From: Saccostrea cucullata
Taxonomy: Eukaryota
NCBI RefSeq assembly: GCF_032062105.1
Contig: NW_026926499.1
Span: forward strand, 62,001 to 126,000
DNA length: 64,000 nucleotides
Direction: 5' to 3'
Under the pieces are notes generated by a model. That model worked only from the letters and a program-made list of their open reading frames with translations. It was not told where the DNA came from and did not search any database. The position numbers were made by a program, and so were the translations under genes. Each line of letters begins with the position of its first letter. The first letter of the stretch is position 1. Of this stretch, positions 26,440 to 38,608 are shown piece by piece.

Positions 26440-27993
26440 ATTAACTATTTTTAAAATTACTTATCAGGAAAAGTATGTTTCTTTTTTGAATTTATGTATC
26501 AATCATTATTAAAATTATTGCATTGTACAAAACCACAAGCTTTTAAAATATATTAACATTGTTTTCTTTTGCCTTCATTCATTGATTAAGGATTAAAATA
26601 GCATTAGACACTGTCAGTGTTACTGCCGTCCAAAATTTGCAAGGATTATGTATTTTAATTTTCATGATTTGTACAAGTTAGCACTGCACATAAGTTTTCT
26701 ATGTATAACTCCAAATCGATCTGGTATGTATTCCATAAATTTTCTTTAAAAGGACAGACAACTCTTCCTCCTGAATTCTGTTTTACATTGAACCTATTTA
26801 TTTTTAAAAATAAATTGTTTTTATTGTTTAGATTAACATTTTTGTAATGTTAAACCACTTGTTATTCTTTTGTTGATTTTTGTTTTTTTGTGAAATTGAT
26901 TAGAAATGGATCCATGTCTGTTAAAATTTGAAAACTTTTTATGTTTGGGTTGATTCTCTTTTTATCACAGGAACTATTATATACATGCACACTTGTAACC
27001 TAATGTTGCTGTAAATTATTTATACTCACAAGTTGAGCACAGGTGATTTGGTGCATGTTGTACAACTATCAGTATTATACCTCCATGGTAGTGCAGGAAC
27101 CATGTATGCTTGTTAGATTAAGCTGACTTTGTTTTATACGTTTAGGTCTTTTTTGTGTGTGGAACACACCTGTTTTGCAATTGGAATCCTAATACATTTG
27201 CAAGAATAAATGTTTCTTCTGGAAAACGCAGTTTTGTCTCTCTCTCTCTCTCATATAATTTGTTACTTAGATAAAACTGACACCTTAACTCATGAAAGTG
27301 TACCTTAATTAACCCATCACTCATGTTCATGTACAGATCACATAAATGAAGAACAAATACAATGATAATAATTTTAATAACATTCTTGGTTACATTTTCC
27401 AGTAAAACAATAAGCCAAATATCCCAGACATGGCTTGTACAAGGAATGTCATGTGTCAGATGCTGTCTCGGTGGAATTTAAACATTAAACAATTTACACA
27501 TCAATAGTCATGAGCACATTATTCACACTCATGATTCTAACAGTTCTAAATATCATTTAAAATCAAACTTCTGACTAGAATATACATGATGTGAAATGGT
27601 CTGCTGGTATTACTACTACTTGCTAAACAATAAACTACAACTAACTGTATGTAATTCATTGGGATTGAAGTTGATAGTCTACAAGTTTTACATGCATTAA
27701 TATACATCAACACTGTTACAACCGAAAAACAATGGATTGGATTTCAACAACTTGTACCCTCATATATAATCAATAACTTTATATGGTGAAATCTGAGATG
27801 AGACATGTCTTAGATTTATATAAAAAGATGTTACAGAAAGGTTTGATTGAGGAGTTCTCACCAAATATATAATGCAAAGAGATAATTTAACCCATTTTGT
27901 CATTTGAAAATCACAGCCTTATAAATTGACAATAAACCCCTCCTTTTGGCCTCCTGCCATGTTATCAGTATATAACCTTGTCCCTGTGGTTGA

Positions 27994-28197
27994 TCAGAAT
28001 ATTGGGATGTAGCTGTCTATCTTTGCCCTATGTCTCTGGGCCACACACTCAGCTATCCAGATAATGTTTCTGTTCTCTTGCTCCTTTAGTTTGACGTAGG
28101 CATAAAACACTCCAAACTGAAACTGCTGCATGAAGGAGTTCTTCATGAATTTTACCTGAAATAAAATTACTTATTTAAAAAGCATCTCTTGAAACAT

Positions 28198-28232
<35 letters not shown>

Positions 28233-31200
28233 ATAACTTGTATGTGGTAATATTAACCTCTGAAAATAGATCAATATATCCCAGTTGACCCAATTTTGAT
28301 CTTCATTAATTTTATCATTAAAATAATAAATTAAACATAGGTAATCAGAGATTACAGAGCTCACCTCAACGAATGTTGTCTTTAAGTAAGGCAAATTAAG
28401 TCACACAATTAACCAACAAAAAGTGTACATCCAAAAATGCAAAATTTATGCAATTTTGATACTTTGGAATAGACCTATATAAAAACTTAAAACTAGTTCT
28501 TCATCATGAAAATGTAATTAAAATCCAGCATCTGAAGCAAGATTGAGAGTTTTCATCCCTTGATGCATCATTTGTGCAATTTCGGTTTATATAAGCCTTA
28601 TAGTTTCTTGGTGATAGACCTGCACCCATAACTTTTACCTTAGTGTCTATTATCTGGAAAATGTGTGCGAAGTTCAGCATTGAAAGCAAGTCCATTAGTG
28701 TTCATCCTAAGATGTATCATCCATGCAAGTTTGTTCAACATAGAGCTCAAAGTTACTTGGAAATGAAACCTGTATAAAAAACTAACATTTTCACTAATCC
28801 AGAAAATGTAGGTCAGATTCAGCTTCTGAAGCCAGCCTAGTAGAATGCACCCTTGTGTACCATCCATGCAAGTTTGGTCATTATAGGGCTCAAAGTTACT
28901 TGGAAATGAATCCTGCACCATAAACTTTAACCTGTTTACTCATCCAGAAAATGTAGGTCAGATTCAGCATCCGAAGCAAGTCTGGTAGTATGCATCCTGA
29001 GATGTACCATCCATGCAAGTTTGGTCATTATATGTCTCATAGTAATTTTGAAAGAAACCTGCACCAAAAACTTTAACCTGTTCACTCAACGCGGAAAATG
29101 TAGGTCAGATTCAGCATCCGAAGCAAGACTGGTAGTATGCATCCTAAGATGTACCATCCATGCAAGTTTGGTCATTATATGTCCCATAGAAACTTGGAAA
29201 TGAAACCTGCATTAAAAACTTTAACCTGTTCACTCAACCGGAAAATGTAGGTCAGATTCAGCATCCAAAGCAAGTCTAGTAGAATGCATCCTAAGATGTA
29301 CCATCCATGCAAGTTTGGTCATTATAGGGCTCACAGTAGGAGGAAATGAAACCTGCACCAAAAACTTTAACCTGTTCACTCAACCGGAAAATGTAGGTCA
29401 GATTCAGCATCCGAAGCAAGTCTGGTAGTATGCATCCTAAGATGTACCATCCATGCAAGTTTGGTCAACATAGGGCTTATAGTAACTAGGAAATGAAACC
29501 TACACCAAAAACTGCACCAAAAATGTTAACCTGCACCAAAAACATTAACCTGGTCATTCCTTTGCTGAAATTGCAGCATCTGAAACTCTGACTGGTACAA
29601 TGAAACACATTAGAAACATCTTCCATGCATGTCTAATCAATATAGGACATAGAAGTACATAAAAAGAAAACTGCTCCAAAAAACTTAACCTTAACTCGGG
29701 ACGCTGACGCCGACACCGACGCCGAGGGTATCACATAAGCTCCCCCCACCTTCGTTGAGGTGAGTTAAAAAGGAAAGTCTACATGGATTACCTCTTGTTC
29801 AAAGAATTTGTCCTCTAGAGTTTTCTCCCCTGGTCCAGTACCACTTCCCTCAAACAAGTCCTTGTAGTTCTAAAAATTATAATATTATCATACATTAATG
29901 ATCCACATGAAAATCTAGCTTGAATTTTTTTTAAATTATTAAACTCTGTTCATCAAAATGTATCATATCCAGATAAGTGTAAATTTAAAATGATAAGTCA
30001 AACAAAAATGTTTTTTATGTTCCTTATTTTGTTGCAATATTGATTTTGATACTCAGCAATTACACAAGTATATATTTACCTTCCACTTCACATGTTTTAC
30101 ACATAATATACAACTCCCTTGATCAAAATTAATTTGAATATCTTACGAAGGTTGAACACGACCTAACAAGTTAACTCTGTCTAAGCTTACCCCGTAGATG
30201 TCAGCGACCTGTCTGACTTGGTCGTAGTCGTCAGCCTTGGCCAGTAGCTGGAGTCCGTAGGGGTACAGGTCACCACAGCGGGGGTACAGCTTGGCCCGGT
30301 CCTCCTTAGTCAGCTCCGTCCCAAACGAGTTGATCGTGATGATGAAAGCTCTCCTGTCAGCCTCAAACTGAAATGTACGATGAAGATGGAATACCACTTT
30401 GATTATATCATCATATTCTAGGCCAATTGTTTGTTTGCCCTCCCTCAACCAACTGCCTCATCAAAATTTTTTTATAACCCCAGAAAGTGATCCCCCCCCC
30501 CCCATTTTCATACACAGATTTCCTCATTCTGTCAAAATGTATGTTTAAATGTCCTAGGAAAAAAATTCCCAACCTACTTATCAACCCAATTTTTTTACCT
30601 TGAGTCGGGAAAGGGCAAACAAACATTATTTTACAGATGGTCTTATTGTTTATATCATCATAATTTTTATGATACTCTATTCATATCCCAATTCTTCACA
30701 ATATTCTACTGAAATCATCATAATACTGAACTTCCCAATTTCAAGGTCTGAATTTAAGGCTGCTCGTAAAATAAGTTCTCATTTCTTAGTTCCTTGATCA
30801 CTGGCAAATACATGTTTTTAGTATCATTATAAGGAACAAGATATCAGATCACAAATAAGCATCAGATAAAGCAAAATTGTTTTATTGTGTAGCAGTTCGG
30901 GCTTTACGGACCGTGGATATCGGCCTGGATAGCTCAGTGGTTAGAGCACCTGACTAGTGATACAGGGGTCCCAGGTTCGATTCCAGTTCCAGGCATATGT
31001 TTTCTTTGTGCATTTCTCCTTTCCTACTATATTTGGTGGCCAGTGTGGGGGGCCTTGTTCAGGTTACAGTGTTTGTGTAAATTAGTAATTCCTGGCAGGA
31101 CCCTAGAACTTGTGTCTTTGAGGTCGAAGACTGTATAAGGAGGGAGGAATGTAGAAGTTCGGGCTTTATGGACTGTGGATATCGGCCTGGATATCTCAGT

Positions 31201-34200
31201 GGTTATTGCACCTGACTAGTAATACAGGGGTCCCGGGTTCGATTCCTGGTCCAGCCATAGGTTTTCTTCGCACATTTCTCCTTTCCTACTACAATTGTTA
31301 TGTTTTGTATTACATGTAATGGTGTACTTACAGCCAAAGCTTCACACATGGCTTCTGCAGTTGATCCCCCCAACTCTCGACAGAAACTGTAAAAGTCCTC
31401 CAAATAAGCCTGTAACAGTCAATGATATCACATACAGATTACTCAATAAAGCACATTTTATTTAAATAACATCTTATGACTACTGTTGTATGTACCCCGG
31501 TACTGTACAGTGTAAAATGTAAAGTATGAAATACCTTGTACAATGTGTTTCTGATGATTTCAATGTTCATCTCATCAAGATCTTGTTCAGATATACAGTC
31601 AAGGAAATAAGGAGCTGGAAAAGAAAGATTACTAAACTATATTGAAAACTGAGATTTCTCATCAAGTTTGTCATACCATACATGTTCAGAAATTTAAAAA
31701 CAATTATTTGGAAGTTCAGCTATGAAAAGTTTCTATTAAAAACATAGCATATGCATGAATCACATGATACGTTAATATCAGTGACACCGGAATGATGCAA
31801 GTCTTCAGTACAGTAGAGATCCGTTATTACGGTGACGGTTTTATACGATAGAACGCTTATTACGTTGTAAATTCAAAGCACAAATCCATTTCTTAACAAA
31901 TCTATACAAAAAAGAACTGTTTATTACGTTGTCCAAAATCGTCAGGTCTCAGTAATACGATGTAAAAATTCTGTCAAAAATTTTTTCACTCCGTGTTTAT
32001 TCAGTGTTGATTGCTGGTAGACACTTAAGGAGATTAATAAACATTGGAACACCTGTGCTCTGAGAGAGTGTTAACTAACAGGGCAGTTTGGTGATTAGTG
32101 ACGCTTGATTGCACCCACCTGGTCTGTTCCAGCGAGCCCAGCAGATTTGGAGACGTGCCAAAGCCATTGTTAAACAATTAAAGTTTACTCATAAACCTAG
32201 CTTCTTCTATCGCTGTAATTTTTTTTTTTAAATTCTTTTATTCTTTATTTCATACTTTGTTTAATAAATTAATTTAATAAATAAAAGGTTATATTTAATA
32301 TTATGCATGTATGCTGTACACAGGTTCACATAATGTGTAATTTCGTTTGCAAATAAACTGCGTAAATAAACAGCTTGGGTATCAAACATAATTTGGACAA
32401 ATTTTGAACTCCACACACGTTTTAACAGCTTGGGTAGTGGCTTGGACTACCTCTCAGTTGTCAGCAGAAATACAAATCGATAATTGCTGAACTGCTAATT
32501 GACCTCTGTTCAGTAATTAAAAAAAAATTATTTTGACAGATTGCTTGTCTATTTACTTTGACCTTTTTATTTGAAAAAAAAAGTTGTTGTTTATTTAGAA
32601 ATGACTTTTAATTGTATAGAAAGAGAATAAAATAATCAGAATTTTGGTAGTTGTTTATATAGAAATGACTATGACTACGAAGACATTGAAATTTTCACGA
32701 ACGCATTATCTAACATTATGTTAATTTTAAAGTGAAAGTACATGTTACAGAAAATGGCGGCAATTAAAAGAAAATTGTCGAAGTTTCTATTAAAAAATGT
32801 GCTCTATGCTTTTACTATGATGGAAAAAGAAGAAATAGCATCATGAAAATAAGTTTTACAGACAAGTAATCAATGAATTAAGTGTATATGGCATATTGGA
32901 GAAGAATTTGAGCATGAAAAGGAGATAGAAGGAGAAAAATATACCCCCTAATAAAAGAATACGTTTTCCAAACGATGTTTAACAGAATTTTATTGGGAAC
33001 TTTTATTACGTTGCCCTCAGTATTACGATATTTTACCGTGACAAAGTGAACATCGTAATAACGGGTCTCTACTGTATTACCAATAGGTGTATCCACCAGC
33101 ACAGCATTGTATAACTCTGCTGGAGTTGATGCAATATGAATGGCCTCCATTTGTTCAAAGCTTCCAAGTGGGTGACATTTTGGAATGAGTTCATTGATGG
33201 GACGTTGATGTAGAATTCCGGTGATTAGAAGGATGATGTTGTCAATCATGTAGCTGTACCTGAATTACATCCAGAAAAAAATCAATTAAAATCACCATTT
33301 TCAATTAATGACTCGTTATGATTATAAGATATTTCAGTTCAGTTACTTACGTGATATAGTCAAGGAAAGTTGACATTGGTTCAACACACTGATTACGTAA
33401 GTGCTGAAACTCTACAACTAACTTCTCCTTTAATTTGTCATCAATCACAGACACAGTGAGGGGACTTGGTTCATTAGCCAGAAAATTTCCATAGTCTGTG
33501 CTCTGTAGATGTAACTTTAAGTCTGAAAAATTTATCATCATCACATTGTCAAGAAAACATATAACATTTCCACATCATCAGGGTGAAAGAAACATCAAAT
33601 AAATAGTTTAAAATAATTTCAATGATAACCTTATAACTAAAATAACTTGTTTATCTATATCCATCTTTTTTAAATGTGCTTCCTACAATCTGCCATATAT
33701 AGAAGTCAATGAGCATTATTGACATTATTGTTGCATGCAACAGAACATAAAAACTTGTTATTCATATTAAAAACGTTTTAAAAACGAGTTTGAAATGCCA
33801 AACATTTGATGTAAATGAAAATATTATTATTTAGAGTAAAAGACACGCATACAAGCTCAAAAAGGTTTGTTATGATGAATCTGGTAAGTATTTTACGAGC
33901 AATTTTTCTTTGTATTCTTCAATATTGTTTCAAAGCAGATCCGCTCCATCTTGCTTTATTAAAACTATATAAGACGTGTTTTAACTGATGAGAACTTGTT
34001 AAATTATTCTAACTACATGTATCTGTAAACAGCAATAATTATAAGTTACATTATGTTATACCCCCCCCCCCCCCTTTTCACATAAAAAAATATTTATATT
34101 ATCATGATAATCAGCTTTCTGTAATAGCTGTAATACATTCCGAGGCAATGTCGATGAGATAGACAATTTTTTTTTCGTTAAGATAGCAGAAAAATACTAC

Positions 34201-34390
34201 AAAAAGAGAAGCAGAGAACTCCGAGGTCTTATGACAGTTACGACATCACCGTACCTTCCAAGGTTTCACACTGAACCAAGTTTAAATAATCGCTCTGCTT
34301 GAGGATCCCGCTCTTAAATCCTCGTAACAGACCCTCCAGATACCCGTGGTCTATATTAAAAGTCATCTCTTGCATGTAACCCATCATCAT
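27994..34390 (-). CDS. ATP6V0D1: V-type proton ATPase V0 subunit d (~353 aa)
   Basis: Exons 34255-34390, 33351-33522, 33081-33259, 31535-31614, 31332-31409, 30191-30367, 29792-29869, 27994-28155. Conserved motifs [75 protein letters not shown]. Confidence 0.97.
28201..28229. repeat. (AT)n microsatellite
   Basis: Pure AT dinucleotide run in the last ATP6V0D1 intron. Confidence 0.9.
28333..29768 (+). mobile_element. Helentron-type element with ~146-bp tandem array
   Basis: 5' GAGCTCACCTCAACGAA sub-terminal motif, units at ~146-147 bp spacing (28951, 29098, 29245, 29391), GACGCC microsatellite, 3' end CTTCGTTGAGGTGAGTTAAAA. Near-identical copy at 55935-57110. Confidence 0.8.
30888..31293 (+). 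mobile_element. TRIM (miniature LTR retrotransposon) with tRNA-derived LTRs, Ajax-like
   Basis: Two 144-bp LTRs (30888-31031, 31150-31293; TGTAG...CTACA), 4-bp TSD ATTG, PBS-like TGGTGGCCAGTGTGGGGG at 31034, PPT AAGGAGGGAGGAA at 31137-31149, 118-bp non-coding interior. Confidence 0.88.
30922..30995 (+). pseudogene. tRNA-Thr(AGT)-like cassette inside the 5' LTR (not a bona fide tRNA)
   Basis: A box TAGCTCAGTGG, B box GGTTCGATTCC, CCTGACTAGTGATACAGG arm one base longer than a normal Thr-AGT arm; imperfect acceptor stem; second copy at 31184-31257. Confidence 0.65.
31811..33074. mobile_element. Pogo/Tc1-type non-autonomous element in ATP6V0D1 intron 3
   Basis: TA|CAGTAGAGATCCGTTATTACG ... CGTAATAACGGGTCTCTACTG|TA. 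Confidence 0.85.
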
Positions 34391-34707
34391 CTTTGCAAAT
34401 TGTGTTGAATGCCACTGTTGTCGTGTGATCAATATTACGGAAATGATAATTTTAGGTCGCCCTCTTTCGGCGGTGTAGGATGATTCCCGAGCCCGATGTC
34501 AATATAGGTATGGAAAAATAGCTAGAATAATAGCTAAAATGATTTTAAAGTTTATTCAATTTATTCAGTCAAGTAATCTTAAAATGAACCACCAAATGTT
34601 ATCTTGATTTAGAAAACACGTTCCTCTTTTACATTGTGAAGAGAGTCGTGTGTTTTTTGGTTTTTTTTTTTGGGGGGGGGGGGGGGGGTTTAAACATATG
34701 ATTAACA

Positions 34708-34715
34708 TGACGTCA
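34708..34715. promoter_or_regulatory. CRE palindrome TGACGTCA between ATP6V0D1 and orphan gene copy 1
   Basis: Perfect 8-bp CRE about 130 bp upstream of the ATG; also present in copy 2 (38476-38483). Confidence 0.35.
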
Positions 34716-34840
34716 TAATCGTTATTGTGACTTCACTTTTGTTTGTTAGATACAGTCTAAAGGGAAAGATTCAGTTAGCCTTCGCGGTGACAGACTGTTA
34801 GAGCATTCACATCTCTTCAAGCATCACACAGACAGCAAAG

Positions 34841-37738
34841 ATGGATGTCTTCGTTCGTAAGAAGGTAATGTGTCCAAATATATTAACAATGATATTAGCA
34901 ATTTGTCATCAAAACATGTGTAAACTATTTTCAAACGGCTAAACCTATTTCTTATATTATTCTGATACCACAGGACTTATTAATTTCAATAACATCATTT
35001 GAAAATTGAGCTGTGCTTTGCTCTGCTTTTTAAAATAATTTTATATGTATATTTTTGTTAAATTTGATTTTGGAATAGTTCTAGATAAAGTAGATATATA
35101 TGCCAGAGGTACCATCATATACTGTATACAAAACGGGGGAATTCAAAAAAAAAAAAAATCAAGAGAATGTGATTGGGCGAAGTATTGTTTGCAAGTGTGA
35201 AAAGTCGAAAATAACACGATGCGAAAATTATCTTGTTTGCAGTATAATATATGTATGCCAAGACATTGGATTCCTCGGTTTCGTTCTTTGACAATAATCA
35301 AGAACAAAATACAACTTTTAACAATTTAAAATGTGAATCTTATAAGAATTAAGTCGCAAATTGCTTAAATAGTAATACTAGTACGATCCACACCCCTCGG
35401 ATACCAGAAGTCAATTGTAGTATTGTACATGGTTCTATTTTCTGCCTCCCGAGTTCAGACTACAAATTCAAAACAAGCGAGTTTATTGGTCTGTAGAGTC
35501 AAATATAAAGGGTTAGGAAGTGGATAAAATACATATGTTTCAGACTGGTTAAAAAGATGTTAAGACAGTTTAGGTGTAGAAAGTGAAATGTAGCTGATTG
35601 ACCAAAGCTGGAAAGTAAAGAAATACATGTACTAGTACTCCCCGTGTAACTGTGCGCAAAACATCTTTTGTCGTTAACTGCACCTTAATTTTGCATTATG
35701 GGATCTGTAGTGTTATGGTCAAAGGCTCAAATATACACGCTAATTCAGAGAATGTGCCCAGAGAACGCACCAGTTATACAATTAGTAAATAGCATATACT
35801 CACTTTGGTATTATGCAATTTAAGTTGCCGAAAGAATATATGTGTCATTTGGCTATCACTAACATGAGATGGATATCACTGGAGATATAGAATTTTAGAA
35901 AACATTATCATTAATTTTTAGATGTTCACCGATCCCCACACAGGGAGCTCAGCTCGTTTCCAGACAGATGGGAAAAGTGGCAAATTGAGGGAACCTGCTC
36001 GACAAAGGAACAGAGTTTGGAGCTCGAGAAGACCGGTAAATAGATATGTCTGGTTAAATTATATTTATTTGGCCTAGAGCGTTATGGGAAAGAAAATATC
36101 CTTGTATCGCATCATTGAAAAATTAGATGATGATTTGCACACTGTAATTTTGCAGTCCCAGCACCAAGAAAATCTTAATGGCGAAGACCTAACAAGATGG
36201 GAGAATAAAAGATTCCATTATAACCGTTATAGCACCAATGACGCAGCGAGACCACAGGAGAATGGCAGAGCCCCGCATAACCGCTACAATAGCGCTGACA
36301 CAACAAGGACTCTAGAAAAAGATAACGGGTCCTCTCTTAATCGCTTCAGTAGTAATGACACAGCGAGACCACGGGAGAATGACAGAGACCTGCAAAGCCT
36401 CTACAATAGCACTAGAACATCTGAACTTCAGGAGAAAGATGGTAGATTCCCTCTTAATCGTTACTATAGCACTGACGCAGCGAGACCAAAGGAAAATGAT
36501 AGAACCCATCTTACTCGCTACAATGGTACTGACGCAGGTTTGCTTCAAAAAAACGGAAGATCCTCTCTTAAGAGCTACACAGAACCAGCTAGGCCTCAGA
36601 AATATTGTAGAAACACCCCTTACCCTTACCACTGGATCGCTGGCGCAACGAGGTCTGGGGAAACTGGCAGTAACCCTCTAAACCGCTTCAGCAGTACTGA
36701 CACAACGAAGCCTGGGAAAATTGGCAGTAACCATCTTATCAGCTTCAGCAGTCCTGATACGAGACCACAAGGAAATGTGAGATCTCCTCATAACCAGAAA
36801 GTTAGCACTGGCACAATGAGGCACTTGGAGAATACGAAACCCCCTCTTCACAGCCACAGCAAGACAGTGGCCCAGTCTCCAGATCAGAGCGACAAACCCA
36901 GCCCAGAGGCAGCCAACCCTGGACCTAGCCACGCCCCCCGGATACCAGAAGTCAAGTCTCTATCCAACGACAACCAAGATGTGGGGATACAGGTTAGCGT
37001 TAATGTTTGTCAGGTTTGAACTGAGTCCCTTATATATATCCCTGGAATTCCATCACCGGTATCAATGGAACTTTTTCAGAATAAAGAGTGCGTGCAATTT
37101 GACTTTTTCTTTGAAGAATATATAGATTAAATCGACACTGTCAACGATGTAGCAGTTATTTTGTTACACTTATAGACATTCGTTCTTCTGACCTCAGAAT
37201 GAAACGTTTTTGTTCATTGTAGGATCTGAGACAGAAGTTGAACTGCTTAAGAGAATCCAGACTGTTGATCAAGCATCCTGCAATTGAACAGGTTCGTATT
37301 GATATTTAATTTATTCAGATTTGGATATTATAACTTTTTGTGAACAAGAAAATTTGCCAGGTTCACGAACCATGATTAAGTAGAACCCGTTATGAATATT
37401 ACTCATATTTCTTTTTCTGTATAGGAGCCAAATAAAACTGTGTCCAAAAAGCGAAAAAGAGTGGAAACTGCAGAGGATGACATGGTCAAACCTCCAGCGA
37501 AGAGGGTGAAAATAACCACAGTTTGTGCACAAAGTGATTGAGAATTGGTTAGTAGACAAAGATTCATCTACAACAACAACAAAAATCATTAGTAACCATA
37601 ATGCAAGAGTCGAAATGTGCATATTTATCTCCATTTTAATTTCAGTACGATTTTGAGGACGAGTTGGACCTCAGTGAGCCCCTCTCGGACGGAAGCTGGG
37701 GAGGATTCAGACCCTCACCCGGCAAGAGTGTTTCTTAG
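34841..37738 (+). CDS. Orphan repeat-rich nuclear-type protein, copy 1 (premature TGA at 37539)
   Basis: Phase-0 exons 34841-34864, 35922-36035, 36156-36992, 37223-37291, 37425-37547, 37646-37738; ~19-20-aa internal repeats; KKRKR and PAKRVK NLS-like motifs. Confidence 0.7.
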
Positions 37739-38608
37739 ATTGGTACACCAAGTAGATTAACTGAAGATAGAACTCTGAAACTGTTGATGTATTTCTAATC
37801 TTTTGTACTCAAATGGCAACGAACTTTATTTAATACAATTGAAATTCAAGTCAACAGACTAGTAGTATTATTAATAAAACTTCATAAACTAATCCATGTT
37901 GTTGTTGCTGTGAGAGAAAGACAGAGAACCAGGGTCGAGATATCCTATGTTATCAATCATTGACGATCTCTATGATTTTTTTAGCTTCAGAAAAGTTTAG
38001 GAAGCAGTCGAGTGTTCCAGAATTAAGACACAAACTGTCAAAACCCGCAAAGGAAAAGCTAAATAGACTAAGTCTCCTTTCGGGGTGTCTTTTAGAACAG
38101 TCTGGTAGATGCATATGTAATTAAAAAAAATTATCCTATTATCACCCTGTTTCAAAATGATATTGCTTGCAAGTGATGTGATTATTAAGAAGTAAAAATT
38201 TTGTGAATATTCGAAATTTTCTTCCAGTTTTCATCATTAGTAAGGCACAAAGTGTATCAGAAAACACAGAGCACAAACTTACCTATTTACCAAGTTTATA
38301 CATGTGTATCAAATACATAGTATCTGTAGAGTTAGTTATGTATGGAATTCAAATGTAGGCAAGTTTGCCTTCCATGTTTTCAGAGCAGAAAATTTACCGC
38401 GTTTCAATCTGGCAGCATTGAAATTCGGGAGGGAGGGGGTTTTGCATCCAATCAAAGTGAAACATATGATTAACATGACGTCATAATCGTTATTGTGACT
38501 TCACTTTTGTTTGTTAGATACAGTCTAAAAGGAAAGATTCAGTTAGCCTTCGCGGTGACAGACTGTTAGAGCATTTACATCTATTCAAGCATCACACAGA
38601 CAGCAAAG

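Noticed and set aside
30922-31257. Two functional tRNA-Thr genes
   Set aside because: Anticodon arm has an extra base, acceptor stems are imperfect, the second copy has A-box/D-stem mutations, and both lie inside LTRs bounded by TSD, PBS and PPT.
34420-34431. CLEAR/TFEB element upstream of ATP6V0D1
   Set aside because: TCGTGTGA has two mismatches to TCACGTGA; insufficient support.
36312-36932. Overlapping antisense and alternate-frame ORFs in the orphan gene (also 40474-41055)
   Set aside because: Shadow ORFs of a repeat-rich coding exon; shared between copies only because of the recent duplication; no splice or start support.
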